DNA of 64,000 nucleotides from an uncultured Aliarcobacter sp. Its GTDB lineage: Bacteria > Campylobacterota > Campylobacteria > Campylobacterales > Arcobacteraceae. A model generated the notes under the pieces. That model did no database searches, was not told the origin of the DNA, and saw only the letters and a program-made list of their open reading frames with translations. The DNA lies in NCBI GenBank assembly GCA_963664305.2, contig CAXXLV010000001.1, positions 288,001-352,000 on the forward strand, read 5' to 3'. The position numbers and the translations under genes were made by a program. Below are positions 19,311 to 28,745 of the stretch, in pieces; the first letter of the stretch is position 1; every line of letters begins with the position of its first letter.

Positions 19311-20105
19311 TTATACAAATCTACAAGAGGCAGAACCAATTCCACCAATGTTTATAGTCATATTATCACCTGGTTTAATTGTTACCATTGCACATAATGC
19401 ACCAGATAAAATAACCTCTCCAGCTTTTAAACCAACACCAAAAGAACCTAGTGTATTTGCAAGCCATGCTACAGCATTAACAGGACTTCCTAGTGCTGCT
19501 GCACCAGCTCCTGTGTGTAATAATTCTCCATTTCTTTCAAGTGTAATACCACAAGTTGTTAAATCAACATCTCTTGGGTCAACACCTTTTCCACCAAATA
19601 CGATATATCCACAAGAAGCATTATCTGCAACTGTATCTTGAATTTTTATTTTCCAATCTTTAATTCTTGAATCAACGATTTCAAAACATGGCATTACAAA
19701 TTTTGTAGCTCTTAACACATCAGCTGTTGTAACACCTGGTCCCATTAAATCTTCTTTTAAAACGAAAGCTATTTCACCTTCAGCTTTTGGTTGAATCATT
19801 CCTTTTGTTACATTGATTTCATCACCATCAGAATAAATCATATCAGATAATAGGTATCCAAAATCTGGCTGATGAACACCTAACATGTCCATAACAACCT
19901 TTGAAGTTACACCAATTTTTTTACCAATAATTCTTGATTTATCATCTTCCATTCTTCTTTTTAAAAAGTAATGTTGAATAGCATAAGCATCTTCAATTGT
20001 TGCATCAGCTTCTCTTGAAGAAATTGGTTCAATTGTATAATTACCTTTTAAAGCATCATATAGCTCATTTCCATATTTTTCTATTTTTTCATTTGTCATT
20101 GCCAT
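19311..20105 (-). CDS. dmpE: 2-oxopent-4-enoate hydratase
   Basis: GKKIGVTS..V..MLGV.QPDFG, PKAEGEIAF, WKIKIQDTVADNAS. Confidence 0.92.
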   Translation of the reverse strand: MAMTNEKIEKYGNELYDALKGNYTIEPISSREADATIEDAYAIQHYFLKRRMEDDKSRIIGKKIGVTSKVVMDMLGVHQPDFGYLLSDMIYSDGDEINVTKGMIQPKAEGEIAFVLKEDLMGPGVTTADVLRATKFVMPCFEIVDSRIKDWKIKIQDTVADNASCGYIVFGGKGVDPRDVDLTTCGITLERNGELLHTGAGAAALGSPVNAVAWLANTLGSFGVGLKAGEVILSGALCAMVTIKPGDNMTINIGGIGSASCRFV

Positions 20106-20115
20106 AATCAGCCCC

Positions 20116-21573
20116 TTACATTTTGATACAAATATTTTTTAATTCTGTATAGAATTCTAAAGAGTGATGACCACCTTCTCTTCCAATTCCAGAACCTTTC
20201 ATTCCACCAAATGGTGTTCTTAAATCTCTTAAGAACCATGAATTTACCCATACAATTCCTGAATCAATTTTTGAAGCAACTCTATGAGCTTTATCCAAGT
20301 CTTTTGTAAAAATTGTAGAAGCTAATCCATATTTCGTATCATTTGCCATTCTAATTGCTTCTTCTTCCGTATCAAATGGTTGAACATGACAACAAGGTCC
20401 AAATACTTCCTCTTTTACTACAGTTGCAGTTTCTGCTAAACCTGTCCAAATAGTTGGTTCTACCCAGAAACCATCTTTTAAATCACCTTCCATTTTAGGA
20501 GCACCACCACCTAAAACAACATTTGCACCCTCTTTTCTTGCAATTTCATAATATTCTAATACTTTATCTCTATGTGCAGCACTTACAACTGGTCCCATAT
20601 CAACTGACTCATCATGTTGAACACCTACTTTTAATTTTGAAGCAGATTCTTTTAATTTTGCTAAAAATTCATCAAAAATTGGTCTTTGAACATAAACTCT
20701 TTCTGTTCCTAAACAAACTTGACCTGAGTTAGCAAAACAAGATCTTGTAGTTTCATGAACAGCTTTTTCCATGTCACAATCAGCAAAAATAATAGCTGGG
20801 TTTTTTCCACCAAGTTCTAAAGATACATCTCTTACACCTTTTGAACATGCTTGCATAATCATTTCACCAGTTTTTGTTTCACCAGTAAATGTTATTGCAT
20901 CAATATCTGGATGAGAAGTAATTAAATTACCAGTAATTGAACCTTTTCCTTGAACAACATTATAAGCACCAGCTGGAACTCCAACTTTACTCATAACTTC
21001 ACCTAAAAGTGATGTTGTTGTAGGAGTAACTTGAGAAGGTTTAACAACAACTGTATTACCACAAGCCATTGCTGGACCTACTTTCCAAGTCATTAATAAT
21101 AAAGGTAAATTCCATGGAGAGATTACACCAATAACACCTTTTGGTTTTCTCATAGAATAATTAAATGCAGTTTTTCCATCTGGAGTGTCCATTCTATAAG
21201 CTTCATCTGCAACAGCCTTCATTGTGTCAGCAAATACTTTGAAGTTTGCAGCTCCTCTTGGAATATCAATATGTCTTGCGATTGAGTAAGGTTTTCCTGT
21301 ATCTAAACATTCTGCCTCTAAAAAATCATTAAATCGTCTATCAATCTCATTTGCAATTTCATACATCATAGCAATTCTGTCATTTAATTTCATTTGCCCC
21401 CATTCTCCTGTAAGTGCTGCTTTAGCAGCAGCAATTGCAGCGTTTACTTCAGGCTCTCTTCCAAGTGCTACTTTTGAAATTATTTCAGCAGTTGCAGGGT
21501 TATAATTATCAAAAAATTCTCCACATTGAGAATCCATAAATTGTCCATTAATATAGTGTTGTACTTTTTTCAT
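20116..21573 (-). CDS. dmpC: 2-hydroxymuconic semialdehyde dehydrogenase
   Basis: HIDIPRGAANF, PWNLP, LELGGKN, GQVCL, EEVFGP, WFLRDLRTPFGG. Confidence 0.93.
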   Translation of the reverse strand: MKKVQHYINGQFMDSQCGEFFDNYNPATAEIISKVALGREPEVNAAIAAAKAALTGEWGQMKLNDRIAMMYEIANEIDRRFNDFLEAECLDTGKPYSIARHIDIPRGAANFKVFADTMKAVADEAYRMDTPDGKTAFNYSMRKPKGVIGVISPWNLPLLLMTWKVGPAMACGNTVVVKPSQVTPTTTSLLGEVMSKVGVPAGAYNVVQGKGSITGNLITSHPDIDAITFTGETKTGEMIMQACSKGVRDVSLELGGKNPAIIFADCDMEKAVHETTRSCFANSGQVCLGTERVYVQRPIFDEFLAKLKESASKLKVGVQHDESVDMGPVVSAAHRDKVLEYYEIARKEGANVVLGGGAPKMEGDLKDGFWVEPTIWTGLAETATVVKEEVFGPCCHVQPFDTEEEAIRMANDTKYGLASTIFTKDLDKAHRVASKIDSGIVWVNSWFLRDLRTPFGGMKGSGIGREGGHHSLEFYTELKNICIKM

Positions 21574-21998
21574 TATTTTAATCCTATCTTTTCAATTGCA
21601 TATTTTGCACATATAATATCTTCTTCTTCAGTTCCACCAGAAACACCAATTGCCCCAACTTTTACGTTTTCATCATCAAAAATTGGTAAACCACCACCAA
21701 AAGGAATTAATCTTTCTCTGTTTGAAAAACCTTGTTCCAAATGAGGCATTTGTTTAAAAATCTCTGTCCATTGTGCAGTTGGAAAACCAAAACTTGCACT
21801 CGTAAAAGCTTTGTTTTTTGCTATATCTATCGAATGGATAAATGAATTTTCCATTCTTAAAAAAGCCATTTCTAAACCTTTATTATCAACTACGCTCACA
21901 TTTATTGATATGTTTAATTCTTCAGCCTTTTTAACTGCAAAAAGACAAGCTTCCATAGAAGCCTGTCTTGATATAGATTTTTCTGTAATTATCTTCAT
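21573..21998 (-). CDS. GlcG/HbpS (DUF336) heme-binding family protein
   Basis: VSVVD..G, IA..KA.T, GGGLPI, VGAIGVSGG...ED. Confidence 0.85.
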   Translation of the reverse strand: MKIITEKSISRQASMEACLFAVKKAEELNISINVSVVDNKGLEMAFLRMENSFIHSIDIAKNKAFTSASFGFPTAQWTEIFKQMPHLEQGFSNRERLIPFGGGLPIFDDENVKVGAIGVSGGTEEEDIICAKYAIEKIGLK

Positions 21999-22000
21999 TC

Positions 22001-22948
22001 TTATTTATATGCCGATAATGTATACGCCGTTGTGAACGCACCATTTTCTTGACCTGTATGATAGAAAATCCCTCTCCATAATTCATCTTCAGTCCAAGTA
22101 ACAGTTGGCATATCTGGTTGCATTAAATATCCAAGTCCAGCAAATGTTTCAAGTCTATGTCCAGATGGGTCAAAGAAATAAATTGTTTCACCTCTTGTAA
22201 TTCCATGTCTTTGTGGAGTAACATCAATTTTTACATTATGCATTGCCATAACATCTGCTGCTCTTAAAATATCATTCCATCCATCTAAGAAAAATGCAAA
22301 GTGATGCATTCCAGTTTCAGGACCAGCAACAAATGCTAAATCATGAGGAGTTGAAGTTCTTGCCAACCAAGTTGCAGCTTGAAGTGAACCTTCTGGTCCT
22401 ACACAAACTTGTTCCGCTAAATTAAATTCTAAAACTTCTTGGAAGAATTTTGTTCCAGCCATAACTTTTTCTGGTCCTTCACACATTAATAAAATATGGT
22501 CTATCCAGTGTGCTTTGATACCTTTTCCATTAAATGGCCAAGGTCTTGGATTTGTATCTCCAACTTCTTTACCTACAAAAGTTTTTTGGGCATATAAATT
22601 AAATTCATGTCCACTTGGAGCAATAAATTTTAAAATTCTTCCACATTCAGCAACACTTCCAGCTGGTAAAATTTCAGTTGAAACACCATATGCTTCAATT
22701 TTTACTTTTAAATCATCTATATCAGAATCTTTTTCAACTTTATAAGCAACTCTGTTAAATGTAGCCTCTTCGCTTGGTCTTAAAACTAAGCTATATTTAT
22801 CCCATTCATCCCAACATTTTAAATATAATGTACCATCCGCATCTTCTCTAGTAACATCCATACCCATAATTTCTACATAATATTTTCTTGATTCGTTGAT
22901 ATCTAATACATTTAAATCAACATGTCCAATTCTCATAACTCCACTCAT
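22001..22948 (-). CDS. dmpB: Catechol 2,3-dioxygenase
   Basis: GVMRIGHV, YLKCWDEWDKYS, DH, HHFAF, RHGITRG.TIYFFDPSG.RLE (extradiol Fe ligands); xylE/dmpB family. Confidence 0.95.
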   Translation of the reverse strand: MSGVMRIGHVDLNVLDINESRKYYVEIMGMDVTREDADGTLYLKCWDEWDKYSLVLRPSEEATFNRVAYKVEKDSDIDDLKVKIEAYGVSTEILPAGSVAECGRILKFIAPSGHEFNLYAQKTFVGKEVGDTNPRPWPFNGKGIKAHWIDHILLMCEGPEKVMAGTKFFQEVLEFNLAEQVCVGPEGSLQAATWLARTSTPHDLAFVAGPETGMHHFAFFLDGWNDILRAADVMAMHNVKIDVTPQRHGITRGETIYFFDPSGHRLETFAGLGYLMQPDMPTVTWTEDELWRGIFYHTGQENGAFTTAYTLSAYK

Positions 22949-22964
22949 TTTCTCTCCTTAGTTT

Positions 22965-23282
22965 TTAAGATCCAAATCTATACATTTGTTTACTTTTGTT
23001 TTTTGCTCTTGATATGAATTCTATTTCCATATCATCTCTTGGAAAAACTTTACAAGCTAACACAATATTGTCATTTTCTTCTTCTTCTGATATATGTTTT
23101 CGGTTCATTTTTTCTTTACTATATTCACCATGATAAACTTTTATTTTACATACACCACAAGCTCCATTATGACAACCACTTGGCACTAAATCTGAATGTA
23201 CATATAAGCCATCCATTAAGTTTTTATTCTCAAGGCATTGTTGACTTCTGTCTTTGTCTTTAACAAATACATTATGTTTCAA
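22965..23282 (-). CDS. dmpQ: XylT/DmpQ-type [2Fe-2S] ferredoxin (C23O reactivation)
   Basis: GCHNGACGVCK...VLAC; directly upstream of the C23O gene; TTG start. Confidence 0.85.
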   Translation of the reverse strand: MKHNVFVKDKDRSQQCLENKNLMDGLYVHSDLVPSGCHNGACGVCKIKVYHGEYSKEKMNRKHISEEEENDNIVLACKVFPRDDMEIEFISRAKNKSKQMYRFGS

Positions 23283-23334
23283 ATCTTATCCTTAGTAATA
23301 AATTTAAAAAGCTTTTGACTTTTTAACTATGGGA

Positions 23335-23367
23335 ACTTTACTTTAAATAATTCGCATAAAAATCGCA
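23335..23367 (-). promoter_or_regulatory. Tandem box 3 (TGCGATT-TTTA-TGCGAAT) plus -10-like TAAAGT, upstream of the meta-cleavage operon
   Basis: Box at 23350-23367 on the minus strand, 9-bp spacer, hexamer at 23335-23340. Confidence 0.8.
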
Positions 23368-23380
23368 ATTATCTCTTTTT

Positions 23381-24328
23381 TCAAATTTTTTTGTTTTTTT
23401 CTTCAAGAACTTCAATAAGTTCCTTAACAGCGTTAATTGATTCACTAAATTGTGACTGTTGTTCTTTAGTTAAATCCAGTTCAATTATCTTCTCAACACC
23501 ATCTTTGCCTAAAATTACAGGAATTCCTGCAACAACATTTTCATATCCATACTCACCATTTAACATCACAGAACATGGATAAATTTCTTTTTTATCATTT
23601 AATATTGCATCTATCATTACGGCTGTTGAATTAGCAGGTGCAAAGTAAGCAGAACCTGTTTTTAGTAAATTTACTATTTGTGCTCCACCATTTTTTGTTT
23701 GATTGATAATTTCATCTATATCCTCTTTAGATAAAACCTCATCCAAAAATTTATTTGATACTTTTGAGTAAGAAACTAAAGGAACCATTTCATTCCCATG
23801 TCCACCCATCACAGAAGCAGCTATCTCATTTTTTTTAGAATTTAATTTTTCATATATAAAATGGCTCATTCTTGCACTATCTAAAATTCCAGCCATTCCA
23901 AAAATTTTATTTCTTGGCCATTTTGAAACTTCAAGTGCTTTATAAACCATTGCATCTAAAGGATTTGATACAATGATAATTATTGCATTTGGGTTATATT
24001 TAATAACATCACTTATCAATGATTCAATAATCCCTGCATTTATATGTAATAAATCATCTCTACTCATTCCAGGTTTTCTAGCAATTCCAGCAGTAATAAC
24101 AACAACATCACAATCATAAAAATCTTCACTTTTAGATATTGCAAATATTTTTGCTTTATCATTTGTTGCAAAAGTAGCTTGTGAGATATCTAACATCATT
24201 GCAGTAGTTAAATCTTCACGAATATCTTTTAGTAATATTTCTGAACAAATATTTTTTAAAGCTAATGTATAAGCTAAAGTTGCACCAACATTCCCAACAC
24301 CAATTATTCCAACTCTTTTACTCTCCAC
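23381..24328 (-). CDS. mdh: Malate dehydrogenase (LDH-like type)
   Basis: GVGNVG, TAGIARKPGMSRDDL, VSNPLD, GILDSAR, GGHG, GSAYFAP; GTG start. Confidence 0.88.
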   Translation of the reverse strand: MESKRVGIIGVGNVGATLAYTLALKNICSEILLKDIREDLTTAMMLDISQATFATNDKAKIFAISKSEDFYDCDVVVITAGIARKPGMSRDDLLHINAGIIESLISDVIKYNPNAIIIIVSNPLDAMVYKALEVSKWPRNKIFGMAGILDSARMSHFIYEKLNSKKNEIAASVMGGHGNEMVPLVSYSKVSNKFLDEVLSKEDIDEIINQTKNGGAQIVNLLKTGSAYFAPANSTAVMIDAILNDKKEIYPCSVMLNGEYGYENVVAGIPVILGKDGVEKIIELDLTKEQQSQFSESINAVKELIEVLEEKNKKI

Positions 24329-24352
24329 ATTTCTCCTTTTTATTTTTTAGAA

Positions 24353-24385
24353 ATGTTATATAAATCCAATCGCTTTCTAATCGCT
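24353..24385 (-). promoter_or_regulatory. Tandem box 4 (AGCGATT-AGAA-AGCGATT) plus -10-like TAACAT, upstream of mdh
   Basis: Box at 24368-24385 on the minus strand, 9-bp spacer, hexamer at 24353-24358. Confidence 0.8.
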
Positions 24386-24397
24386 TAATTTTTGTTA

Positions 24398-24435
24398 AAT
24401 TTCGATTTATGTTATACTTCAAATAAATCGAAATT
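24398..24435 (+). promoter_or_regulatory. 13-bp inverted repeat bracketing an extended -10 (TGtTATACT) of the kinase-1 promoter
   Basis: AATTTCGATTTAT (24398-24410) and ATAAATCGAAATT (24423-24435) are perfect reverse complements; TATACT at 24413-24418. Confidence 0.6.
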
Positions 24436-24444
24436 AGAGTATAT

Positions 24445-25698
24445 ATGGCAAAAAAATTTTCACTTACTTTTATAATAATAGGAATAATTGGAGTAATTTC
24501 TCTGGATAAATTAATAGAGATATTTTCTAAAAACAATGAATTGTCTCAAGAAGGTCCATTTTCAATTGCAATCTTTTTTATGATTACAACAGGAATTATT
24601 TTATACTTCATAATACATCATATGGAAAAAGTAATTGAAAAAATAGATAAATCATATAATGAATTAAAAAGAAAAGATAAAAGTAGAATTGCACCTTATG
24701 AATTTTCCCTTGATAATTCTGTTGATTCTATTCACTGGTTAAATTTAGATGGAAAATTTTTATATGTAAATGAATCAACATGTAGAATGGAAGGTTATAC
24801 TAAAGAAGAATTTAAAGATATGTATTTGGAAGATATTGACCCATCATTTGATAGAGAAGGTGCTAAAAAATGTATGCAAGATATAAAAAATACTGAAAAT
24901 TGGAGATTAGAATCTACTCATAAAAGAAAAGATGGAAGTATATATCCTGTAGAAGTATCTGGACATGCATTTATTTTTGAAGGACAAGAATATATTTGTG
25001 CTTTTGCAAGAGATATCACTCAAAGATTAGAAGATAAAAACAATATAACAAAAATAAATCAAGAACTACAAAAATCTTTAGCAGAAAAAGAGATGTTATT
25101 AAAAGAGATTCATCATAGAGTAAAAAATAATATGGAAATCATTTCTTCTTTATTAAATATGCAAGCAAGAAGAAGTGATGATATAAATTTCAAAAATGCA
25201 ATGAAACAAAGTAGAAGTAGAATTCTTACAATGGCTCTTGTTCATGAATTTTTATATTTAGGTGAAAATTTAGCCTACATAAATATTCAAGAATATATAA
25301 AAAAATTAGTTCAAGATATAAAAGAATTGTACATTTCTCAAAATACAAATTTAGAAGTTGATTTACATATTGATAATTTAATATTTTCAGCAAATAGATG
25401 TATTCAAGTAGGAATGATTTTACACGAATTATGCGTAAATTCTTTAAAATATGCTTTTGAAGAAAATAGAAAAAATCTTTTATGTATTCATATAAATAAA
25501 ATCAATGATGATATTAATATAAAAATTAGAGACAATGGAGATAAAGAAATTGATATAACTAATTTACAAAAAAGGGACTCTATTGGATTACAATTAATTT
25601 ATTCAATAGTTGATTTTCAATTGCATGGAAAATTAGAATTTAAAATAAATAGAGGATTGGAATGTAATATCACATTCCCAGAAAAGGAAGAGATATGA
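24445..25698 (+). CDS. Sensor histidine kinase 1 (2 TM, PAS, HisKA_2, HATPase)
   Basis: PAS (G.FLYVN...GY..EE...HKRKDGS.YPVEV), H-box EIHHRVKNN, N-box HELCVNSLKYAF, atypical DNGDK. Confidence 0.88.
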   Translation: MAKKFSLTFIIIGIIGVISLDKLIEIFSKNNELSQEGPFSIAIFFMITTGIILYFIIHHMEKVIEKIDKSYNELKRKDKSRIAPYEFSLDNSVDSIHWLNLDGKFLYVNESTCRMEGYTKEEFKDMYLEDIDPSFDREGAKKCMQDIKNTENWRLESTHKRKDGSIYPVEVSGHAFIFEGQEYICAFARDITQRLEDKNNITKINQELQKSLAEKEMLLKEIHHRVKNNMEIISSLLNMQARRSDDINFKNAMKQSRSRILTMALVHEFLYLGENLAYINIQEYIKKLVQDIKELYISQNTNLEVDLHIDNLIFSANRCIQVGMILHELCVNSLKYAFEENRKNLLCIHINKINDDINIKIRDNGDKEIDITNLQKRDSIGLQLIYSIVDFQLHGKLEFKINRGLECNITFPEKEEI

Positions 25699-26453
25699 TA
25701 AAAACAAAAATACTTATTGTAGAAGATGAACCAATAATTGCTTTAAATTTACAAGAAACTCTAGAAGAATTAGGTTATGAAACTTTTGGTATTACTAATA
25801 ATAGATGTAGAACTTTAGAATTACTAAAAAGTGAAGAAATACCTGATTTAATATTAATGGATATTTATTTACAAGGCCCTACAACTGGAATACAATTAGC
25901 TAAAGAATTAAAAAATTCATTACCAAATGTTCCTATAATCTTTTTAACAGCAAATTCTGAATATGCAACAATCAAAGAAGCTTCAGAAACTTTTGCTTAT
26001 GGATATTTAGTAAAACCTTATAAAAAAAATACTCTGTTTGCGACTATTGAATTAGCATTAAAAAAAGCAAAAGAAGAACTTACTCAGAAATTAGATTTTG
26101 AGTCATTAAAAAATATAAACAAAACTTTAGAGCATAAATTAACACTGAATCAAGAATCAAAGTCAAGAACAATTAAACTCAAATATGGTTATTTATTTGA
26201 TAAAGAAAAAGAAATTTTGTATTATGGAGATGAAGTAGTAAAACTAACAAATAAAGAAACAGATATCATCAAAGCTTTATGTAAAACTCCTGGTCAAAAG
26301 ATTTCTCAAGAACAATTAGAATATGCAATTTGGCAAAATGAACCAGCTGGTTATGCTGCTTTTAGGTCTGTATTATTCAGACTTAGAAATAAAATACATA
26401 AAGATTTAATAACTAATCAAAATAACACAGGATATAGAATAGAACTTTTATAA
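25695..26453 (+). CDS. Response regulator 1 (REC plus OmpR/PhoB-type winged helix)
   Basis: ILIVEDE, LMD, FLTA, KP; C-terminal LT.KE...IW...FRSVLFRLR.K...GY. Confidence 0.88.
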   Translation: MIKTKILIVEDEPIIALNLQETLEELGYETFGITNNRCRTLELLKSEEIPDLILMDIYLQGPTTGIQLAKELKNSLPNVPIIFLTANSEYATIKEASETFAYGYLVKPYKKNTLFATIELALKKAKEELTQKLDFESLKNINKTLEHKLTLNQESKSRTIKLKYGYLFDKEKEILYYGDEVVKLTNKETDIIKALCKTPGQKISQEQLEYAIWQNEPAGYAAFRSVLFRLRNKIHKDLITNQNNTGYRIELL

Positions 26454-26460
26454 TTCTATT

Positions 26461-27267
26461 TTATATCAATGAATAAATCATTTTTATACTAAGAGCTAAA
26501 GGTATTAAAGAGAATAATTTTTTCATCAAATCTACATTTATTTTATGAACTAACATAACTCCAACTGGAGCAGTTAAATAACTTGCAAAGGCAACACAAA
26601 TAAGTGCAGGGATTGAAACAAAACCTAAAGTATAAGTCTCCATTGAAGTATGACTCCAACCGTTTATTATATATCCTATAGTTCCAGAAATTGCAATTGG
26701 TAAACCAATAGCTGAAGATGTAGCAATTGCTTTTTTGATATCAATATTTTGAATTAATAAATATGGAACACTCATTATTCCTCCACCAATAGAAACAAGT
26801 GAAGATAAAGCTCCAATTGCACTACCTGATAAAATATGTGTTTTTGCTGTGAAAATTTTATTTTCTGGTTTTGGTTTTTTACCAATAAACATCATAACGG
26901 CTGAATAAAACATAAAACAAGCAAAGATTATAGATAAATAAAATGAGTCTAATTTTGAAGCTATAAATGTGGCTAAAAAAGTTCCTATAATAATACCTGG
27001 AACCATCATTTTAACAACATCCCAAACTATTGCTTTTTTCTTTTGTTGAGCTTTGATACTTGAAATTGAAGTAATAATTATAATAGCCATTGAAGTTCCT
27101 AAAGCTAAGTGAACAACGCTATTTTCAGCTATTGTATTATTTGCTAAAAACATAGCTGTTAAAACAGGAACAATAATTCCTCCACCACCTATTCCAAAAA
27201 GTCCAGAAACTACTCCAACAAATGAACCTAAGGCTAAAAAATAAATAATTGTTTGAATATCTAACAT
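26461..27267 (-). CDS. TauE/SafE (TSUP) family exporter
   Basis: GLFGIGGG.I.VP, ALGTSMA, SIGGG...VP, AIATS; duplicated halves. Confidence 0.85.
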   Translation of the reverse strand: MLDIQTIIYFLALGSFVGVVSGLFGIGGGGIIVPVLTAMFLANNTIAENSVVHLALGTSMAIIIITSISSIKAQQKKKAIVWDVVKMMVPGIIIGTFLATFIASKLDSFYLSIIFACFMFYSAVMMFIGKKPKPENKIFTAKTHILSGSAIGALSSLVSIGGGIMSVPYLLIQNIDIKKAIATSSAIGLPIAISGTIGYIINGWSHTSMETYTLGFVSIPALICVAFASYLTAPVGVMLVHKINVDLMKKLFSLIPLALSIKMIYSLI

Positions 27268-27283
27268 GATAATCCTTTAAAAT

Positions 27284-27316
27284 AAAAAAAGATACAACTT
27301 TATAGTTGTATCTTTT
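27284..27316 (-). terminator. Intrinsic terminator at the end of dmpP
   Basis: Stem AAAAGATACAACT / AGTTGTATCTTTT (27287-27316) with a 4-nt loop; U-run on the minus strand. Confidence 0.7.
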
Positions 27317-28373
27317 AGATAGATTTAAAAAGTGGACTTTTTATTTTATCGCTGTGCAGGTCAGCTTTTGAGAAGAATTTTTCAGTATGTATATCTTTTT
27401 CAAATAATCTTCCTTGCATAAGTGCAGTAATACAAGCTTCACTCATCATTGGAGGTCCGCATAAATATGCTTTATTTCCTGCAAATTGATTATTATAAAG
27501 TTTTTTAGCTACATCATTTGTAAATCCAATTTCACCAGCCCATGATGGATTTTCATTATTTGATAAAACTGGAACATACCTAAAATTATCATATTTCTTT
27601 TCTAAATCTCTGAACATATCAGCATAATAAAGTTCTTCTTCATTTCTTGCACCATGAAACAAAGTAATTGGTTGAGTACAACCATTTTCTAACTCATCTA
27701 AAATCATAGATTTTGGACTTGAAAGTCCCGAACCACCTGCAAAAAATATCATTGGTTTTTGTGCTGATTTTTTTACAAAAAATCTTCCAAAAGGACCAGT
27801 GATTTTTCTTCTATCTCCAACTTTTACATTTTGATGAATCCAAGGTGTTGCTTCACCATCAGGAATAAGTCCAATATTTAATTCAATTACTTTTCCAGTA
27901 CTTGGTTGATTCGCTAGTGAAAATGCTCTTGGTTCATCAAATCCTGGAACATGATAATTTATATATTGACCAGCTTGAAAATCTAACTCTTCATCAAGTT
28001 CAATCCAAAGTCCTAAGATTCTTGGAGTTAACATCTCTCTTTTGATAACTGTTCCCCAAACATCTTTAACTTTTATACTTCTAGCATCAACATCCACATC
28101 AATATCAGCTTCAATAACAACATCATTAATTGCTGTTGCTGTACAAGCCAAACAAAAACCATCTTCTCTTTCACTCTCCATCAAAGCAAAATATGAAGCA
28201 TCACCTAAATCAACCTCTCCTTCTAAAACCTCAACTTTACAAGTTCCGCAAAGTCCGTGATTACAAGCATGAGGAAGATAAACCCCTTGTCGTAGAGCTG
28301 CATCAAGAAGGGTTTGCCCTTCTTGAACTTCTACTATATCACCTGTTGGTTCTATTTCTAATTTACAAGCCAA
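27315..28373 (-). CDS. dmpP: Phenol hydroxylase reductase (2Fe-2S / FAD / NADH)
   Basis: ACNHGLCGTCK, FQAGQY, RAFSLAN, GPFG, AGGSGL, YLCGPP, SPLFK end; TTG start. Confidence 0.93.
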   Translation of the reverse strand: MACKLEIEPTGDIVEVQEGQTLLDAALRQGVYLPHACNHGLCGTCKVEVLEGEVDLGDASYFALMESEREDGFCLACTATAINDVVIEADIDVDVDARSIKVKDVWGTVIKREMLTPRILGLWIELDEELDFQAGQYINYHVPGFDEPRAFSLANQPSTGKVIELNIGLIPDGEATPWIHQNVKVGDRRKITGPFGRFFVKKSAQKPMIFFAGGSGLSSPKSMILDELENGCTQPITLFHGARNEEELYYADMFRDLEKKYDNFRYVPVLSNNENPSWAGEIGFTNDVAKKLYNNQFAGNKAYLCGPPMMSEACITALMQGRLFEKDIHTEKFFSKADLHSDKIKSPLFKSI

Positions 28374-28374
28374 T

Positions 28375-28734
28375 TTATGCTCCTACTTTACCTATCAAAT
28401 CTGGTGTTTTAAAAGTGATAAATGATTTATGTCCAACACCATTTTCTTTTAAACTTTTTGAAAAATCAGGTGTTATAACTTTTCCATCAACTTCCCAAAT
28501 AACTTCTGTTTTATCAAAATCTAAATCTTTAAAATCTAGTTCAATTTTATATGTTACTGGAATTAAATCAGAAATTATCGCACCAAAAGGCATTTCAGGA
28601 GGTAATGGAAATGCTCTTGGAGAGCTAACTACTCTATGTCCATACCAATATAGATACACTAATTGATTTCCATGAAATTTATCTACACTATCTTTCATTA
28701 TGATTGGATATTCTCCAATTGATTGAATTGCCAT
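28375..28734 (-). CDS. dmpO: Phenol hydroxylase gamma subunit (P4)
   Basis: D..DKFHG.QLVY..W, PP.MPFGA, SL.ENGVGHK...F.TP.L.G; operon position. Confidence 0.9.
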   Translation of the reverse strand: MAIQSIGEYPIIMKDSVDKFHGNQLVYLYWYGHRVVSSPRAFPLPPEMPFGAIISDLIPVTYKIELDFKDLDFDKTEVIWEVDGKVITPDFSKSLKENGVGHKSFITFKTPDLIGKVGA

Positions 28735-28745
28735 TTTTTCTCCTT

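Noticed and set aside
24318..24536. 72-aa minus-strand ORF across the mdh/kinase-1 intergenic region
   Set aside because: It overlaps the kinase start antisense and runs through box 4 and two promoters; the DNA is better explained as regulatory.
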